NCBI GenBank assembly: GCA_964106645.2
Contig: OZ067043.1
Reading direction: 5' to 3' (one strand)
Length of the DNA: 64,000 nt
Origin: Podarcis pityusensis
Lineage: Eukaryota
Under the pieces are notes generated by a model, which was not told the origin of the DNA, ran no database searches, and saw only the letters and a program-made list of their open reading frames with translations. Of this stretch, positions 61,787 through 64,000 are shown one piece after another. The translations under genes and the position numbers were made by a program. Position 1 is the first letter of the stretch, and every line of letters begins with the position of its first letter.

Positions 61787-62789
61787 CATAGCTGTCAAGC
61801 GTCCCTTATTTGAAGGGACAGTCCCTTATTCCAGCGCCATGTCCCTCTGCTGTCCCTTATTGATGGATGTCCCTTAAATGTCCCTTAAATGATATCCCTT
61901 AAATTTCAAAGGAAGCAGCTCCTCTCCCTCCCTCCCTGCTGGCCAGGGAGGACGGAGGCTCCATCTGTGTTGCTTGGCTGTGTTGCTCACCCAATAAGAA
62001 GTCTAAGAACGACTGGGGGGTGGAACTCGCATGCCTTGTGCCGATCAAATCGGCCGCGTTGCCTGGGGACTCGCCTTTGCTCAGTGCTTCCCAGCGGAGA
62101 GATGACGGTGGTTTTCCTTGAGGCTTTGTTTGGCTGCTGGCTGGGCTTTCTGCCTTTGGCTCAGAGGGGCTCAGAAGTTGAACATACCTGTGCTGAGTGC
62201 TCGGATCGGAATCGGATGGATACGTCATCAACGGCCCACTCACCCTTGCCGGCGAAAAGGTCTGTCTGGAGCGGGGGCACATGGTGGGGGAAAAGGAAAG
62301 GAGATCTTGTGGAAGGGGGGGCTTTTGAATTTGTTTTGGAGGCTCCTTCGATTGGTTTATGGGTGGGGAAAAGGAGCTGGTTGACTAAAATGGTGGGTGA
62401 CTGACGATCTCGTGGCGAGGCGGGGAGGCTGTGTGTGTGTGGCTAGTTAATGCAAGCTGAGGGGGTTTTTGAATGCTGGACGCCATTGTGTTGCACGTGC
62501 TGCTGCAAACTTTGCAGTGCAAAGCCAGGCCGGGGAGCCATCTTAAGTTGAGGCTGCATATGCCTTGTGGTGCATGTGATTCAGATTCTATTCAGTTGAA
62601 CCTCTGGTTACAAAGTTGTTTGGACAGTGTTCTCGAAGCAACCAGCATGAGTTTGACCAGACTGCAGGAGGACAGGAAGACTGGAGTGCCTGGAACAGGT
62701 GAGGCTGCAGGTCCCTTATTTTGGCTGCTGATCCCTTAATTTCAAGGCTGCTGGTCCCTTATTTTCAAATCTGTAAATTGACAGCTATG
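61787..62789. mobile_element. Non-autonomous hAT-type DNA transposon
   Basis: 12-bp TIR CATAGCTGTCAA / TTGACAGCTATG, perfect 8-bp TSD TCCTGGAC (61779-61786 / 62790-62797), subterminal GTCCCTT repeats. Confidence 0.9.
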
Positions 62790-62899
62790 TCCTGGACCCT
62801 CCTTTGTCTTTTTGGGCCCAAGAGACTTTAAGAGTGGAGAATGCTTTTCATTGACTTTGGCTGCTATACCAGCTGCAACCTCATCTGAACCAAGAGTCT

Positions 62900-63110
62900 G
62901 GCTGTGTAACAGCCTCTCAAGATAAGTGCAATGAGGTCTATATGTGGTTGCCCCTGGGGAGGAAAACAGATGCCGCAATCTGTGCAGGATGCACGAGACA
63001 GAGTTGACTGGCACTGCTGATTCAAATGCCATCTCACCGGTCTTAAAAGACCTCCACTGGATGCCTGTTTCTTTTCCTGATCCAATTTGAAGTGTTGGTG
63101 CTTACCTTGA
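62900..63110 (+). mobile_element. L2 LINE ORF2 3' fragment
   Basis: Encodes an ISPVLKDLHWMPV...QFEVLVLT-like L2 signature. Confidence 0.65.
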
Positions 63111-63113
63111 ACG

Positions 63114-63976
63114 CAGGGTTGCCATGTGCCTTACTTTACACAGACCTCTCTTTTGAAGTCCTCCGTTTGGAGGTGTTCTCTGTTTAAAGGGACCGCCCAG
63201 TCCAAATCTGGTTTAAAGGTAAGGAACCCTACCAAGGGAGAGGCCTTGACGTTGCCCATCAACAGCTAGGTCAGTGAGAAAGGAAGCAAATCCCGAATGC
63301 CAGTGAAGTTAACTCTTTATTCAAGGAAACAGAATACAACTCAGCCTAGTGGTCTCAGTAACCCTTCCCAGTAGGTCTCACTCATATGGAACAGTTGCCA
63401 GGATGGAAGGTCCCTGCCTTCTGCCACCCTTAAGGCCCCCTCCAGGACCTTTCCCAAGCAGTCTCAAACTGTGTCTGCGCACCTCCGGCCTCCTCATTAT
63501 CCTGCGTAGTCTTGGAGACTGGGGGGGGGGGAGCTTTTTGCAGCAGGAGGGGAAGACTCCCTGGATTCTTCAGCAGTCTTTGACACCCCCGCTCTTCTGC
63601 TTCAGCCTCAGAATCTGAACTCTTCCCTGTCACAGGCTCTTCCTGCTCACTAAACTCTGCTGCCCCTTCAGCTTCCAACACCTCCTCCTGCCAATCTCTT
63701 CCCTTTGACCAATCCTCTGTCTCCCACCGCCAGTCCCCTGGTTCTGAGCCTTCCTCCTCTGGGGTTTCCCTTGGGGTTTCCCTAGCTGGTGCCTCTCACT
63801 ACTCCTCTTCATCCTGCCAGTCCTTGACAGGTGATGTGCACTGGAGCTATATTTAAATTATAGTAACTATTTTTAAATTTGCGGCTATGCATATAAATTA
63901 CTCTTTGCAAATTTGTGTCATATTTTGGAGGGGAATGCAAAGCCTCTTTATTGGCAATGCATAAGTGGCCACCCTA
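63114..63976. mobile_element. hAT (Blackjack-like) non-autonomous element interrupting an L2 fragment
   Basis: Termini CAGGGTTGCCA ... TGGCCACCCTA; the flanks rejoin into an L2-like sequence (GTGCTTACCTT|AAAGCCCTAAAT). Confidence 0.6.
63181..63829 (-). mobile_element. Solo-LTR-like element of the same family as 24100-24713, nested in a hAT-like element (left boundary approximate)
   Basis: Reverse complement starts TGTCAAGGACTGG and shares CCAGCTAGGGAA, AGTGAxCAGGAAGAG, CACAGTxTxAGAxTGCxTGGG and AATAAAGAGTTAACTTCAC with the 24.1-kb copy. Confidence 0.7.
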
Positions 63977-64000
63977 CCTTAAAGCCCTAAATGACACAGG

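Noticed and set aside
61798-61905. CRISPR-like array of short repeats
   Set aside because: Eukaryotic context; the 7-10 bp irregularly spaced GTCCCTT motifs are subterminal repeats of a hAT element.
61889-62404. 171-aa ORF as a transposase
   Set aside because: No hAT transposase motifs; it is a chance ORF in the GC-rich interior of a non-autonomous element.

Overview
Eukaryotic genomic DNA from a squamate reptile, probably a lacertid lizard (inferred from Sauria SINEs, BovB, CR1, Penelope and Tigger-like MITEs). The window holds the complete 16-exon coding sequence of SLC9A8 (NHE8, Na+/H+ exchanger 8) on the minus strand. I assembled it by hand: ATG at 58436, TGA at 2336-2338, 1731 nt, 576 aa, all intron phases consistent. 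Intron 9 is a minor-spliceosome AT-AC intron. A CpG-island promoter lies at about 58.0-58.9 kb. The introns are packed with transposable elements. The most striking are: a very young non-autonomous Ty1/Copia element with apparently identical 413-bp LTRs (5865-8682); two related LTR-like elements that retain an acidic reading frame ending in RHSLRL; a 26-nt U6 retrocopy with a 14-bp TSD; a U2 fragment; Penelope termini with decayed hammerhead-ribozyme motifs; and a hAT element that has captured a piece of BovB. Nearly all ORFs in the supplied track are spurious, TE-derived or exon read-throughs. Family names come from recalled consensus sequences, not database searches.
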